Source of the DNA: a virus
Length of the DNA: 64,000 bases
Virus record (IMG/VR): IMGVR_UViG_3300032397_000003
Location: 1-64,000 of that record
Strand: one strand, 5' to 3'
Part shown: positions 1-8,109 of the stretch, one piece after another
Numbering within the stretch: position 1 is the first letter of the stretch
How the letters are laid out: each line of letters begins with the position of its first letter
Notes under the pieces: model-generated
The model's database searches: none
Told to the model about the DNA's origin: nothing
What the model saw: only the letters and a program-made list of their open reading frames with translations
Made by a program: the position numbers and the translations under genes

Positions 1-100
1 CATCAGAGAATACAGAAATATTCTTAGATTCATTATAAAACTTAATAAATTCTTCAAATATTTTTAAAGTACCTTCTTCTAATCTTTTATATCTTTTCAT
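1..100 (-). CDS. Partial hypothetical protein with shared N-terminal leader (MKRYKRLEE...), runs off window
   Basis: ATG at 98-100 reads MKRYKRLEEGTLKIFEEFIKFYNESKNISVFSD, open to the window edge; not in the ORF track. Confidence 0.8.
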   Translation of the reverse strand, partial: MKRYKRLEEGTLKIFEEFIKFYNESKNISVFSD

Positions 101-103
101 CTA

Positions 104-610
104 TTACACTCTATCCATAACATTTTTCATAATTCTAACTAAAGTCTTTTTCATACCTTTAGCTACGTCTGTTATTTCCATTTCAGGGTAACTGTAGGGA
201 GCCATTAGGCCACGATACAAAGCAGCCCCTATTAAATTAATAAATTGTGGTTGAGTTGGTAAGAATTTTGCATTAATAAATTGAGTTCCAAGCGCTATCG
301 CTTCTTGTGCTGACTTTATATTATTTATACCACTGACAGCTTCTTTGATATCTTTTTTCTTAGAGCTTTTTTTACATCCTTCTTTAAAATCTTCTATTTT
401 AAGACTTGATGTAAAATCATTGATCTGTTTCAAAAATTCGTCACCATGTTTATTATCTGCAAATACTATTCCTTTAAGTAATTCAATAAACTTACCTTGT
501 TCATCTTCATTACTGATATCTTTCATATCTATAAGTGCTTTTACTGCTTCTAATGTTTTATCTTCTTCAGCATCTTCTTTTATTTTAAATTTTGGTACGT
601 ATTTTTCCAT
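104..610 (-). CDS. Hypothetical protein, putative head-internal protein (leader MEKYVPKFKIKE)
   Basis: 168-aa ORF abutting neighbours; leader motif; two halves separated by IKE. Confidence 0.75.
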   Translation of the reverse strand: MEKYVPKFKIKEDAEEDKTLEAVKALIDMKDISNEDEQGKFIELLKGIVFADNKHGDEFLKQINDFTSSLKIEDFKEGCKKSSKKKDIKEAVSGINNIKSAQEAIALGTQFINAKFLPTQPQFINLIGAALYRGLMAPYSYPEMEITDVAKGMKKTLVRIMKNVMDRV

Positions 611-1051
611 TTATTTTCCCTCTTTATTTAATTCGTCTTGGAAGTCTGTTTTTGTAGTGTAGTAGGCATTGTTCTCAAAAAAATGATCGCTTGATATCTT
701 CCTCGCAAACATTTCTTGAATAGCTTTTATGACTTTATTATCTTCATATTTTTTATCTAAAGATACATGTTCATATTCAATCTGTGATCCTATATCTAGT
801 TGTTCTTTCGTTATTTTAGAACAATCCCCTTTAGATTTACCACCGGATAGTATAACTGATAAAATTGCATAAACATATTGTTCTGCTATATCCGAATCTA
901 TTTTTAATTCCTCTTCTGCCCATTTATGAAACTGTTCATGATCTTTAGGAAAAGGATTAGATATAATAAATTCCTTTATTTTTAATGGTAGAGATTCGTC
1001 GGTTAAATCTAATAGTGAATCTTCCTCTTTAAATCGTTTATATCTTTTCAT
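611..1051 (-). CDS. DUF5661-like protein with MKRYKRFKEE leader
   Basis: C-terminal EQLDIGSQIEYEH...ARKISSDHFFENNAYYT matches the EQLxxGxxxExEH...IAxDHxxExxxYYT pattern. Confidence 0.65.
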   Translation of the reverse strand: MKRYKRFKEEDSLLDLTDESLPLKIKEFIISNPFPKDHEQFHKWAEEELKIDSDIAEQYVYAILSVILSGGKSKGDCSKITKEQLDIGSQIEYEHVSLDKKYEDNKVIKAIQEMFARKISSDHFFENNAYYTTKTDFQDELNKEGK

Positions 1052-1081
1052 AGTACCTCTTTATTATTAAAAGTGTAGATT

Positions 1082-1276
1082 TTATATCTCATGAATTATG
1101 TTAAGTATCTTATCTGCAGCCCGCTTATTACCCGTTTTTAAAAGATCATCGGCTATTATTTGTAACAATTTACTTGCGTCTTTATGTTTTAAATAGTCCA
1201 TAACATGCTGACTTATTTCTAAATGGCTTGTTGACTCTCTAAATCTTTTAAAATTAAAAGGTATATATCTTTCCAT
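1082..1276 (-). CDS. Small hypothetical protein with MERYIPFNFKRFRE leader
   Basis: GAGGG RBS and TACTAATA motif upstream. Confidence 0.75.
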   Translation of the reverse strand: MERYIPFNFKRFRESTSHLEISQHVMDYLKHKDASKLLQIIADDLLKTGNKRAADKILNIIHEI

Positions 1277-1300
1277 TATTATCCCTCAACAACATATCTT

Positions 1301-1308
1301 TATTAGTA
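1301..1308 (-). promoter_or_regulatory. TACTAATA phage promoter motif (class A)
   Basis: Intergenic, 25 nt upstream of ATG 1276; recurrent motif. Confidence 0.7.
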
Positions 1309-1319
1309 AAATGAAATCT

Positions 1320-1538
1320 CTAAAACTTTTTTGTAAAACTGAATTCTGCTGATTTAATACTACCTACACCTAATTCTACTTGTGGATTTATATCTACTTT
1401 AATACCTGCTTTAAATGTTACATCATCAGGTAATTCAGTTTCATACTTAACTTCTGCATCTAAGGATTTAATTTCTAATTCTTTATCTTGTATTAGTTTT
1501 TTAATATTTATTTTTGGTTTTAATTTAAATTTAAACAT
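1320..1538 (-). CDS. Hypothetical beta-rich small protein
   Basis: 72-aa ORF overlapping upstream stop. Confidence 0.65.
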   Translation of the reverse strand: MFKFKLKPKINIKKLIQDKELEIKSLDAEVKYETELPDDVTFKAGIKVDINPQVELGVGSIKSAEFSFTKKF

Positions 1539-2031
1539 TATTTTTATCCATGTTTTTAATAGAAACCAAATTATTTTTTGTTACTTCAAAGAATACTGCA
1601 CCATCTCTTGTAATACACCCATCATATTTATCAAATATTTTTGTTTCATTGTAGAGATAATTTATAAACTCTATATTATCCCATGCTTGTGCAGATTCAA
1701 CTATATCTTTTGGATTAAGGGAATTGTAAACATTGTTAAACTCTTCTTCTTTAGATGGAAATTCTTCATAGTCATCAGGAATAAAAGGATCCCATTCATT
1801 GAGAAATATAATAGCATAGTTAACTAATTCTATAACTCTCCTATCATTCTTTTTTCGGAGGTCTAAAGTTCTGTTAGTTGCTTTAAATATTCGTTGAATA
1901 TTTCCATAATGATTTGAACGTTCAGGATTGTTGGAACAAAATATAACAGGTTCATCCCCTTGTCTTGTATCCCTTCTATAATTGTAAAAAAATTCTTCTT
2001 TTTCTCTAAAAAAAGATTTATACCTTTCCAT
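1531..2031 (-). CDS. Putative ADP-ribosyltransferase-fold protein with MERYKSFFRE leader
   Basis: YNYR...VIFCSNNPERSNHYG...YDGCITRDGAVFF resembles the phage ART-PolyVal-type pattern. Confidence 0.5.
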   Translation of the reverse strand: MERYKSFFREKEEFFYNYRRDTRQGDEPVIFCSNNPERSNHYGNIQRIFKATNRTLDLRKKNDRRVIELVNYAIIFLNEWDPFIPDDYEEFPSKEEEFNNVYNSLNPKDIVESAQAWDNIEFINYLYNETKIFDKYDGCITRDGAVFFEVTKNNLVSIKNMDKNNV

Positions 2032-2214
2032 TTATTTGGAACCCATTTGTAATTTTTTGATTTTAAAATTTATATTTGCTATCTCTTCAAGCATTAAACC
2101 ATAAGATATATTCATACCTTTTTCTTTATATTCAAAAGCTTGAGATTCTTTTTTTCTAAGCTTTCTATTTAGATCCTCTAGTGTTTCTGCTTTTTTTGGT
2201 TGATACTCTTCCAT
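2032..2214 (-). CDS. Small hypothetical protein
   Basis: 60-aa ORF tightly packed in operon. Confidence 0.6.
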   Translation of the reverse strand: MEEYQPKKAETLEDLNRKLRKKESQAFEYKEKGMNISYGLMLEEIANINFKIKKLQMGSK

Positions 2215-2216
2215 AA

Positions 2217-2606
2217 TTAAATACCTTTTTCCGCTAACAGTTTCTTTACCAAAGTTAATAAATCTGATAATAAGAATGGTTTCTGTAAAACAGCATTAGC
2301 CCCCAATGTATAAGCAATGTTAAGGTACTCCGCACTACTCACTCTCCCACCACCTGAAATAGCAATTATTACTATATCTGGACAAAATTTTCTAACAGCT
2401 ATAATAACCTCTATTCCATCAGTATCTGGCATCAATATATCAGTAATTACGCAATCAGCATTACAGTTAGTGAAATAATCTTCTATATCTCTAAGAGATT
2501 CTGGAATTATAATATCAAATCCATTATAGGTTAAATATTCTTTAATGGCAATTTTTATTATTTCATCGTCTTCTAATAAAATTATTTTAGGATTATTTTT
2601 TAGCAT
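2217..2606 (-). CDS. Single-domain response regulator (CheY-like receiver)
   Basis: ILLEDD, TDILMPDTDG (phospho-Asp), AISGG and LQKPF receiver motifs. Confidence 0.93.
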   Translation of the reverse strand: MLKNNPKIILLEDDEIIKIAIKEYLTYNGFDIIIPESLRDIEDYFTNCNADCVITDILMPDTDGIEVIIAVRKFCPDIVIIAISGGGRVSSAEYLNIAYTLGANAVLQKPFLLSDLLTLVKKLLAEKGI

Positions 2607-2607
2607 A

Positions 2608-3390
2608 TTAGTCCACGTTGTGAAATTTATAAGTTTGTCTTGTGATCTTGCTTATTTTTTCTTCAAAAGTTTCTTTAATTTTTTGCATTTCTGTCTCCCT
2701 TTCAATAGTAATTTTTCTAGCTTCTTCAAAGCATTCAACTAAAGCGTGTCTATTTATAGTTCTGGTTGCTCTGATTTTATCAAAATTCTTAATAAATGCC
2801 TTTTGCGGATACCTACTCCTAAATAGCTCATCGATCTCCCCTTCTATTAAGGATATATTTGTTTTAATTAGATCAGAATAACTTAATGAAGAATACTCAG
2901 AAAAGTGATTATTTTTACACATCCCTCTAAAGGTAGTAGCCACCCTTAATTCTATTAAGTCTAGGAAGTTTTCAAAATTAGAGAAATAAGTACAATAATT
3001 ATCTTCATCTATCCCAACTTCTCTCAAAAGGGATATCATAATATTTATTAAAACTAATTTTATTGATTTTGATTTTTTATTGAAGAATACCATTTGTTCT
3101 TTTAGAATATCAGAACGCATATTATGTATAAGATATAATAATTGAGCTTGTTCTAAAAGAACATGAAATAAAGCGGCATCTACTGGAGAAATGTTAGGAT
3201 CATATTGTCCATTTTGATTATGTGAACCAATATTTACAGTAACTCCTTGCCCCTTGAACTCATCTGACTTTTTTCCAAAGAAATCCTTCAATAGTTTAAA
3301 AATGTTTTGTGAGATTTTAAAAAAAGCATAAGTCACAGCAGTACCATATGCTAAAAATTCTCCTATTTGTTTAGCATCATAATTACTCAT
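2608..3390 (-). CDS. Hypothetical protein with N-terminal hydrophobic anchor
   Basis: 260-aa ORF, hydrophobic N-terminal helix, helical soluble remainder. Confidence 0.7.
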   Translation of the reverse strand: MSNYDAKQIGEFLAYGTAVTYAFFKISQNIFKLLKDFFGKKSDEFKGQGVTVNIGSHNQNGQYDPNISPVDAALFHVLLEQAQLLYLIHNMRSDILKEQMVFFNKKSKSIKLVLINIMISLLREVGIDEDNYCTYFSNFENFLDLIELRVATTFRGMCKNNHFSEYSSLSYSDLIKTNISLIEGEIDELFRSRYPQKAFIKNFDKIRATRTINRHALVECFEEARKITIERETEMQKIKETFEEKISKITRQTYKFHNVD

Positions 3391-3799
3391 CTGTACCTTT
3401 CAATTCTTTTATAATTTCTCCCACCCTTCTTCTATAAAGCAGGATAGATTCTTTTTCTATTCTAATTTCTCTCCATATTGCAAAGTTTAAACTAAGGAAA
3501 TATAAACTCTTACCATGTTCAGCAATTAAATATAAGAATAGACTTGGATCGGCTATCCCTCCAAGTGTTTCATCACCACTACTTTTTACCCATGTATATA
3601 ATGCAGCAAAAAATAATGATTCAACTATAAGAATACCATCTACAAGTATTCTCGTTTTTAAGGTTATTAACTCTACCCCTGTTTTATATTTAAAATAATG
3701 ATATATACTTTTTAAATAAATAGCAAATAAGACATTTACAGTTATAGTAAATAAATTTAAATAATCAAACAATCTATCATATTGAAGTACTGTTAACAT
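3383..3799 (-). CDS. Membrane protein (about 3 TM; holin-like candidate)
   Basis: Three hydrophobic segments and a charged C-terminus. Confidence 0.55.
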   Translation of the reverse strand: MLTVLQYDRLFDYLNLFTITVNVLFAIYLKSIYHYFKYKTGVELITLKTRILVDGILIVESLFFAALYTWVKSSGDETLGGIADPSLFLYLIAEHGKSLYFLSLNFAIWREIRIEKESILLYRRRVGEIIKELKGTDE

Positions 3800-3802
3800 A
3801 GG

Positions 3803-4285
3803 TTATGCTGGCTCATCTGAACAAGTATCTTCCTTTTTAACAGTATTTTTTCTATTGTTATTATAAAGTAACACAAGAGATGATATAAAGGTAAGCACTG
3901 TTGCTAAATCTGCTGTACTAATCATATCAGAAGTATATGTTCCTGCTTTAATCGCTTTCCATGCTGCATATATTTTTACAAATAACATAGCAGAAGCAAG
4001 TAAACAGAACACAGTAACAAAGAAATATATTGGCTGAAACTTACCACCACCATAGAAAAAACTAAAAGGAAATAATGTTTGCCATTTCTTTTCTGCTATT
4101 CTTGTACTTTTTAAATCTTGAGTTAGCTCTTTCTTAATCTTATTAACCTTTTTCACAGGCTCACTCACTTTATCTATCACTTTATCTATCACTTTATCAG
4201 CTTGTCCTACAATATCTTTTAAATTAACCTTAGATACTATTGATATCAATTTAGTTTTCGCAAATCCCAATATTAAATTCCACAT
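3803..4285 (-). CDS. Membrane protein (2 TM; holin-like candidate)
   Basis: Two hydrophobic helices, basic N-region; TACTAATA motif and GAGG RBS upstream. Confidence 0.55.
   Translation of the reverse strand: MWNLILGFAKTKLISIVSKVNLKDIVGQADKVIDKVIDKVSEPVKKVNKIKKELTQDLKSTRIAEKKWQTLFPFSFFYGGGKFQPIYFFVTVFCLLASAMLFVKIYAAWKAIKAGTYTSDMISTADLATVLTFISSLVLLYNNNRKNTVKKEDTCSDEPA
4165..4198. repeat. 12-bp tandem repeat, about 3 copies (DKVI in protein)
   Basis: tcactttatcta tcactttatcta tcactttatc. Confidence 0.85.
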
Positions 4286-4308
4286 ATTAATTACCTCTCA
4301 AATATAAC

Positions 4309-4316
4309 TATTAGTA
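4309..4316 (-). promoter_or_regulatory. TACTAATA promoter motif (class A)
   Basis: 24 nt upstream of ATG 4285. Confidence 0.7.
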
Positions 4317-4323
4317 TCTTATT

Positions 4324-6168
4324 TTATACAATTATTAAATCCCATAATAATCCCCCAGATATTACAGGAACAAGAATCTCTGCAACAACTTGATTATTTT
4401 TACTTATCTCATAATAAGGGGTATTATCAAGGCTACTGAACATATTAGTATTATCAATAAGACTTATTTCTACATAACCGTTTGAATCAGGGCTTACAGA
4501 TTTTTCAAGTTTATCCAGCATTATATTATTTTTATATCTAACAGTAGGTGTATTTGCTTTTAATTTAACTTTAATAGGGGTAGTATCTACTGCTCCATCT
4601 ACTCTTCTTGAATACCAGTAAACATCACATAAATTAAATGAATCCTCTGGAGAGCCGGCAAAATCATAAGATATTGATAATTCTTGAATAGATGGGGATG
4701 TCGATCCATCATCAGAATGTAAGAATATTTTTAAGTTAAACGATATCCCCACCGCTGTGAAACTTGCGATATTTGCCACTATCTCAGCAACCGTGTTTGA
4801 TTGAGCATAAGCCCCACTACTTGCCACCCATGCGGTACTATTCCAGTAAACATAACTAGAGCCACTTTTTAAAATATATTTAATATTATCAAGACCCGCC
4901 TTTGTAACTGTCTCGATAAATCCAACAAGAGATTCCATTCTTAGGTTTGCAACCAGAGATATTGCGGGATTTGTATCAGTATAAATTTGAGCTGTTAAAC
5001 TTGCCTGTAGTGCGCTGATTGACGATTGTGTACCTGAGTTTTGAAAATGTATTTTAAACTGACCATAAATTTCTCCAAGGACAGGTAACGTCGCCAAATG
5101 CGCTTGAAATGTCGATTTATCGTTCGCCTGTGCATATGCCCCGTTACTTGTAACCCAAGCACTTCCCGACCAATATAAATAATTCCCCGACCTACCGATT
5201 TGTAGTGTATATCTTGGAGCTGATATTTCTGTTGTTGTGAATGTGTCAAAACTAATTAAAGTCCCTGCTCCAGTATACTCAAACTCTGGTGATGTTATTA
5301 CAGAGTCAACATATATATAATCTGAGACCGTATATCCCGGCGTATAATTTGCCGTATGCTGTGGAGTATCAAAACAAAGAATGTCATTGAACGATCCGTC
5401 GGAGTTCAAATTATTGCCATAGTTAAGTGCTATTTTTATTGCTGTTAAAACAGAAATAGTTCCTGTCCCAGTTATAGTTGAGCCGAGCTGAACACCATTT
5501 ATAAATAGCCTCGATGCTCCAGCGGTAAAGTCCCAGTTGAATTCAATTTCGTATTCAGTTCCAGCGGTCGGAAGAAAAAAACCTATAGCCCCGTCATAAA
5601 TAGCGCCGCTGGTAGAGTTATATAGGTTAGCAAATATCTTACCTTCTGCTGAATTATGATACAGTGCTATCTCGTTAGCTTCTCCAGCCCCTGCCTGTAA
5701 TATATTAAAAATTGGTCTGTGTCCTGATGGAGCACCTGAATAGTTCGGTGTGTACTTTAATTTTATCGCGCCCGTTTGTCTGGTAGTGTATTTACTGGCA
5801 GATGGATAAGATACACCCCTTACTGTACCGCCAGTCACAACCATTTTTCCGCCGGAAATAGTTGGTACCCCCACAGGTGTACCCGTTAAGGTTCCTCCAC
5901 CCCAGTTACCATCTATTACAGACGTATAAGACACACCAAATGTTGCACCACTTTGTCGTTGGTCTTTTTGTCTCAATGAACCGCCGACAAATTCAGCTTT
6001 TGCGCTGTCGTATGTGTAACCCGTATCCGCTGAAAAATCAAGCGGAAAGTTTTGTCCAGGGTTTGAGGTAAGTTTTAGTTTCGCCTCCCCCCCTGAAAGG
6101 GCTACTAGTGCTGAATCAAATACATAATCAGCAGAATTGTTAAATGGATATACCGTAGTTACACTCAT
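4324..6168 (-). CDS. Virion structural protein with LamG/concanavalin-A-like domain
   Basis: G/S/T-rich; GAIKLKYTP...EYEIEFNWD...RLFINGVQ...GSFNDILCFD LamG-like pattern; repeated YLYWSGSAWVTSNGAYAQ / YVYWNSTAWVASSGAYAQ. Confidence 0.7.
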   Translation of the reverse strand: MSVTTVYPFNNSADYVFDSALVALSGGEAKLKLTSNPGQNFPLDFSADTGYTYDSAKAEFVGGSLRQKDQRQSGATFGVSYTSVIDGNWGGGTLTGTPVGVPTISGGKMVVTGGTVRGVSYPSASKYTTRQTGAIKLKYTPNYSGAPSGHRPIFNILQAGAGEANEIALYHNSAEGKIFANLYNSTSGAIYDGAIGFFLPTAGTEYEIEFNWDFTAGASRLFINGVQLGSTITGTGTISVLTAIKIALNYGNNLNSDGSFNDILCFDTPQHTANYTPGYTVSDYIYVDSVITSPEFEYTGAGTLISFDTFTTTEISAPRYTLQIGRSGNYLYWSGSAWVTSNGAYAQANDKSTFQAHLATLPVLGEIYGQFKIHFQNSGTQSSISALQASLTAQIYTDTNPAISLVANLRMESLVGFIETVTKAGLDNIKYILKSGSSYVYWNSTAWVASSGAYAQSNTVAEIVANIASFTAVGISFNLKIFLHSDDGSTSPSIQELSISYDFAGSPEDSFNLCDVYWYSRRVDGAVDTTPIKVKLKANTPTVRYKNNIMLDKLEKSVSPDSNGYVEISLIDNTNMFSSLDNTPYYEISKNNQVVAEILVPVISGGLLWDLIIV

Positions 6169-6193
6169 AGCTCCCCTCTAATTTCTATCTAAT

Positions 6194-6201
6194 TATTAGT
6201 A
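6194..6201 (-). promoter_or_regulatory. TACTAATA promoter motif (class A)
   Basis: 26 nt upstream of ATG 6168. Confidence 0.7.
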
Positions 6202-6221
6202 ATAATTTATTCTAAAAATTA

Positions 6222-6392
6222 TTATTCAGTAGCAACTGGTTCTGCTATTACTTGTTGACTAGCTTGTATTTGAGAATTTGCTTGTTCTTGTAATTTACCT
6301 ATCAATCCCATAGACATCTTTGCAGGCATTTCTCCAAGTGATTGTAAAATAAGATTTGTTTCTTCTCCAGTAACTTTAAACATAAAATCCAT
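6222..6392 (-). CDS. Small protein, possible tail-fibre assembly chaperone (56 aa, not in track)
   Basis: MDFMFKVTGEETNLILQSLGEMPAKMSMGLIGKLQEQA...; AGGAG RBS; TACTAATA at 6418-6425. Confidence 0.65.
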   Translation of the reverse strand: MDFMFKVTGEETNLILQSLGEMPAKMSMGLIGKLQEQANSQIQASQQVIAEPVATE

Positions 6393-6419
6393 AATTGTAT
6401 CTCCTTTAATTTTTTAATA

Positions 6420-6632
6420 TTAGTATGCTTTAGTTTGTTTTACTACATTCCAAGTACTATCTTTCTTTACAAAGATATTTTTAACTGTTACCCAATTACT
6501 TCCTTGTTTAATCCAACATTTTATAGTGGACACTATCTCTTTAAAAATAGATTCTTTTATAATTTCAAATATAACATCATTGTCAAAATTATTTGAACTC
6601 AATTCAATTGGATTGTAATTTAAATTTCTCAT
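6420..6632 (-). CDS. Small tail-associated protein (start reassigned to ATG 6632)
   Basis: ATGA overlap with upstream stop; KCWIKQGSNWVTVKNIFVKKDSTW motif typical of fibre-associated proteins. Confidence 0.6.
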   Translation of the reverse strand: MRNLNYNPIELSSNNFDNDVIFEIIKESIFKEIVSTIKCWIKQGSNWVTVKNIFVKKDSTWNVVKQTKAY

Positions 6633-7432
6633 GCTTTTAAAATATCCATTGATCCTATTAGTAATCCACTGGATGTAGTAGAAGTTAATACAGAAAACAT
6701 TATACAACTTCCTGCTGAAATTTCAGGTAATCCTAATCCAGCATAATCTAATATAGCCCCTGTATTAGCAAGTATAATAGGAACTTCCACTATTTGTTTT
6801 ATTGCTGTTACTCCAAAATTTCCTGCTGTTCCTGTAGTAGCTGAAAGTGTAACTGTTTGAATAGACTTAATTCCTATATCTCCTGAAGCAGGTAATATAG
6901 GCAACATACAGCTTGTTGGTCTTGTTGCTGCCAATGCTACAGTAGTTGTTCTTCCTGTTACATCTGCATGATTAGTATAAGTTATAGTTGATGTTACTGC
7001 TGTTGATCCCGTTGCTGCATACCATTCTAGATACCACTGAACATTACTTCCATTTGCTAAACATCTATTTTGAGAAACTGGTGTAGTTATATCTAAATTT
7101 ACAGTTTGAGCAGTTGCTAAAGTCCCATTCAATCCACCCATATGAGAAAGTCTATCCATTATAAATATATTACCAGCTACTCCTAAAGATAAAGAAACTT
7201 TACCTACGTATAGCTTTTCAGTAGTAACAGAAGGTAATATAAAACTCCCTGGTAGATAATCTGTACATTCTGCTGAAGTAGTAGGTATTGCCCCTGCTGT
7301 AGTATTACCTGCCGATCTCCATAAAGAAGAAATAACCCCGGCGGTTAATGAAGCATTTGAAATTTTAAATATTTTATAATTTGTAGATGATGCTAATGCA
7401 TTTACTAAAGTGTCCCTATTTGTTATAGCCAT
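6629..7432 (-). CDS. Putative tail/receptor-binding structural protein
   Basis: T/A/G/S-rich 267 aa downstream of the tail fibre; AGGAG RBS. Confidence 0.6.
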   Translation of the reverse strand: MAITNRDTLVNALASSTNYKIFKISNASLTAGVISSLWRSAGNTTAGAIPTTSAECTDYLPGSFILPSVTTEKLYVGKVSLSLGVAGNIFIMDRLSHMGGLNGTLATAQTVNLDITTPVSQNRCLANGSNVQWYLEWYAATGSTAVTSTITYTNHADVTGRTTTVALAATRPTSCMLPILPASGDIGIKSIQTVTLSATTGTAGNFGVTAIKQIVEVPIILANTGAILDYAGLGLPEISAGSCIMFSVLTSTTSSGLLIGSMDILKA

Positions 7433-7434
7433 GA

Positions 7435-7587
7435 TTATATCTCCTGTACATATTTGAAATCAAATGCTGAATCTAATTCTTCTAATAATACATAAGTATT
7501 TATTTCATCTATTTCTTTAATAGTGTATTCCAAATCAAATTCTATATTGAATGGTTCTTTTATTGTTATCTTTTGTCCTATTTGCAT
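7435..7587 (-). CDS. Small hypothetical protein (50 aa, not in track)
   Basis: MQIGQKITIKEPF...; GAGG RBS; fills the gap in the operon. Confidence 0.6.
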   Translation of the reverse strand: MQIGQKITIKEPFNIEFDLEYTIKEIDEINTYVLLEELDSAFDFKYVQEI

Positions 7588-7596
7588 ACTACCTCT

Positions 7597-7842
7597 TTAT
7601 ATTTGAAAGTAAATTGTCCCTTCATCATATGTATTAGTTGTTGGGGGTTCTGATGTCCCATATACTATTTTATTATTATGTTTTATCGTCATTTCTACAA
7701 GAGTTGCTAATATAGCACTATTATCAGGATTTAATAAATCTTTTGATCTTAGGCTATCTTTAACAGTATCCCTATCAATTCTTAAAACACCTTGAGGAGT
7801 TACTTTTGTTTTTATATCTAGTAAATCTGTTTGATTTGACAT
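7597..7842 (-). CDS. Small tail-fibre-related protein
   Basis: C-terminal IVYGTSEPP...EGTIYFQ motif common in fibre proteins. Confidence 0.55.
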   Translation of the reverse strand: MSNQTDLLDIKTKVTPQGVLRIDRDTVKDSLRSKDLLNPDNSAILATLVEMTIKHNNKIVYGTSEPPTTNTYDEGTIYFQI

Positions 7843-7863
7843 TAGTCTATTATCCCCCCTTAA

Positions 7864-8109
7864 CTACTCTTCTAAATCAATATCGTCAATAGTTATACTA
7901 CTGATTGCTTGCTGCTGTTTTATATGCCTCTCTTGATTACCCACAAAACTTTTTAAATATCCTTTCACCATAATAGTTAAATGGTCTATTATTTGTTCAT
8001 TAGTATCAAGTATAATATGATTTTCTTCGCCTATCTCATACTGTGATAATATAACATCCTTAAATCTTTTTAAGTCTTTGTTTTTAATATCAATCTTTAG
8101 TCTTGCCAT
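7864..8109 (-). CDS. Hypothetical protein, possible fibre chaperone (start reassigned to MARLKID, 8109)
   Basis: TAATG overlap with tail-fibre stop; GAGG RBS. Confidence 0.6.
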   Translation of the reverse strand: MARLKIDIKNKDLKRFKDVILSQYEIGEENHIILDTNEQIIDHLTIMVKGYLKSFVGNQERHIKQQQAISSITIDDIDLEE

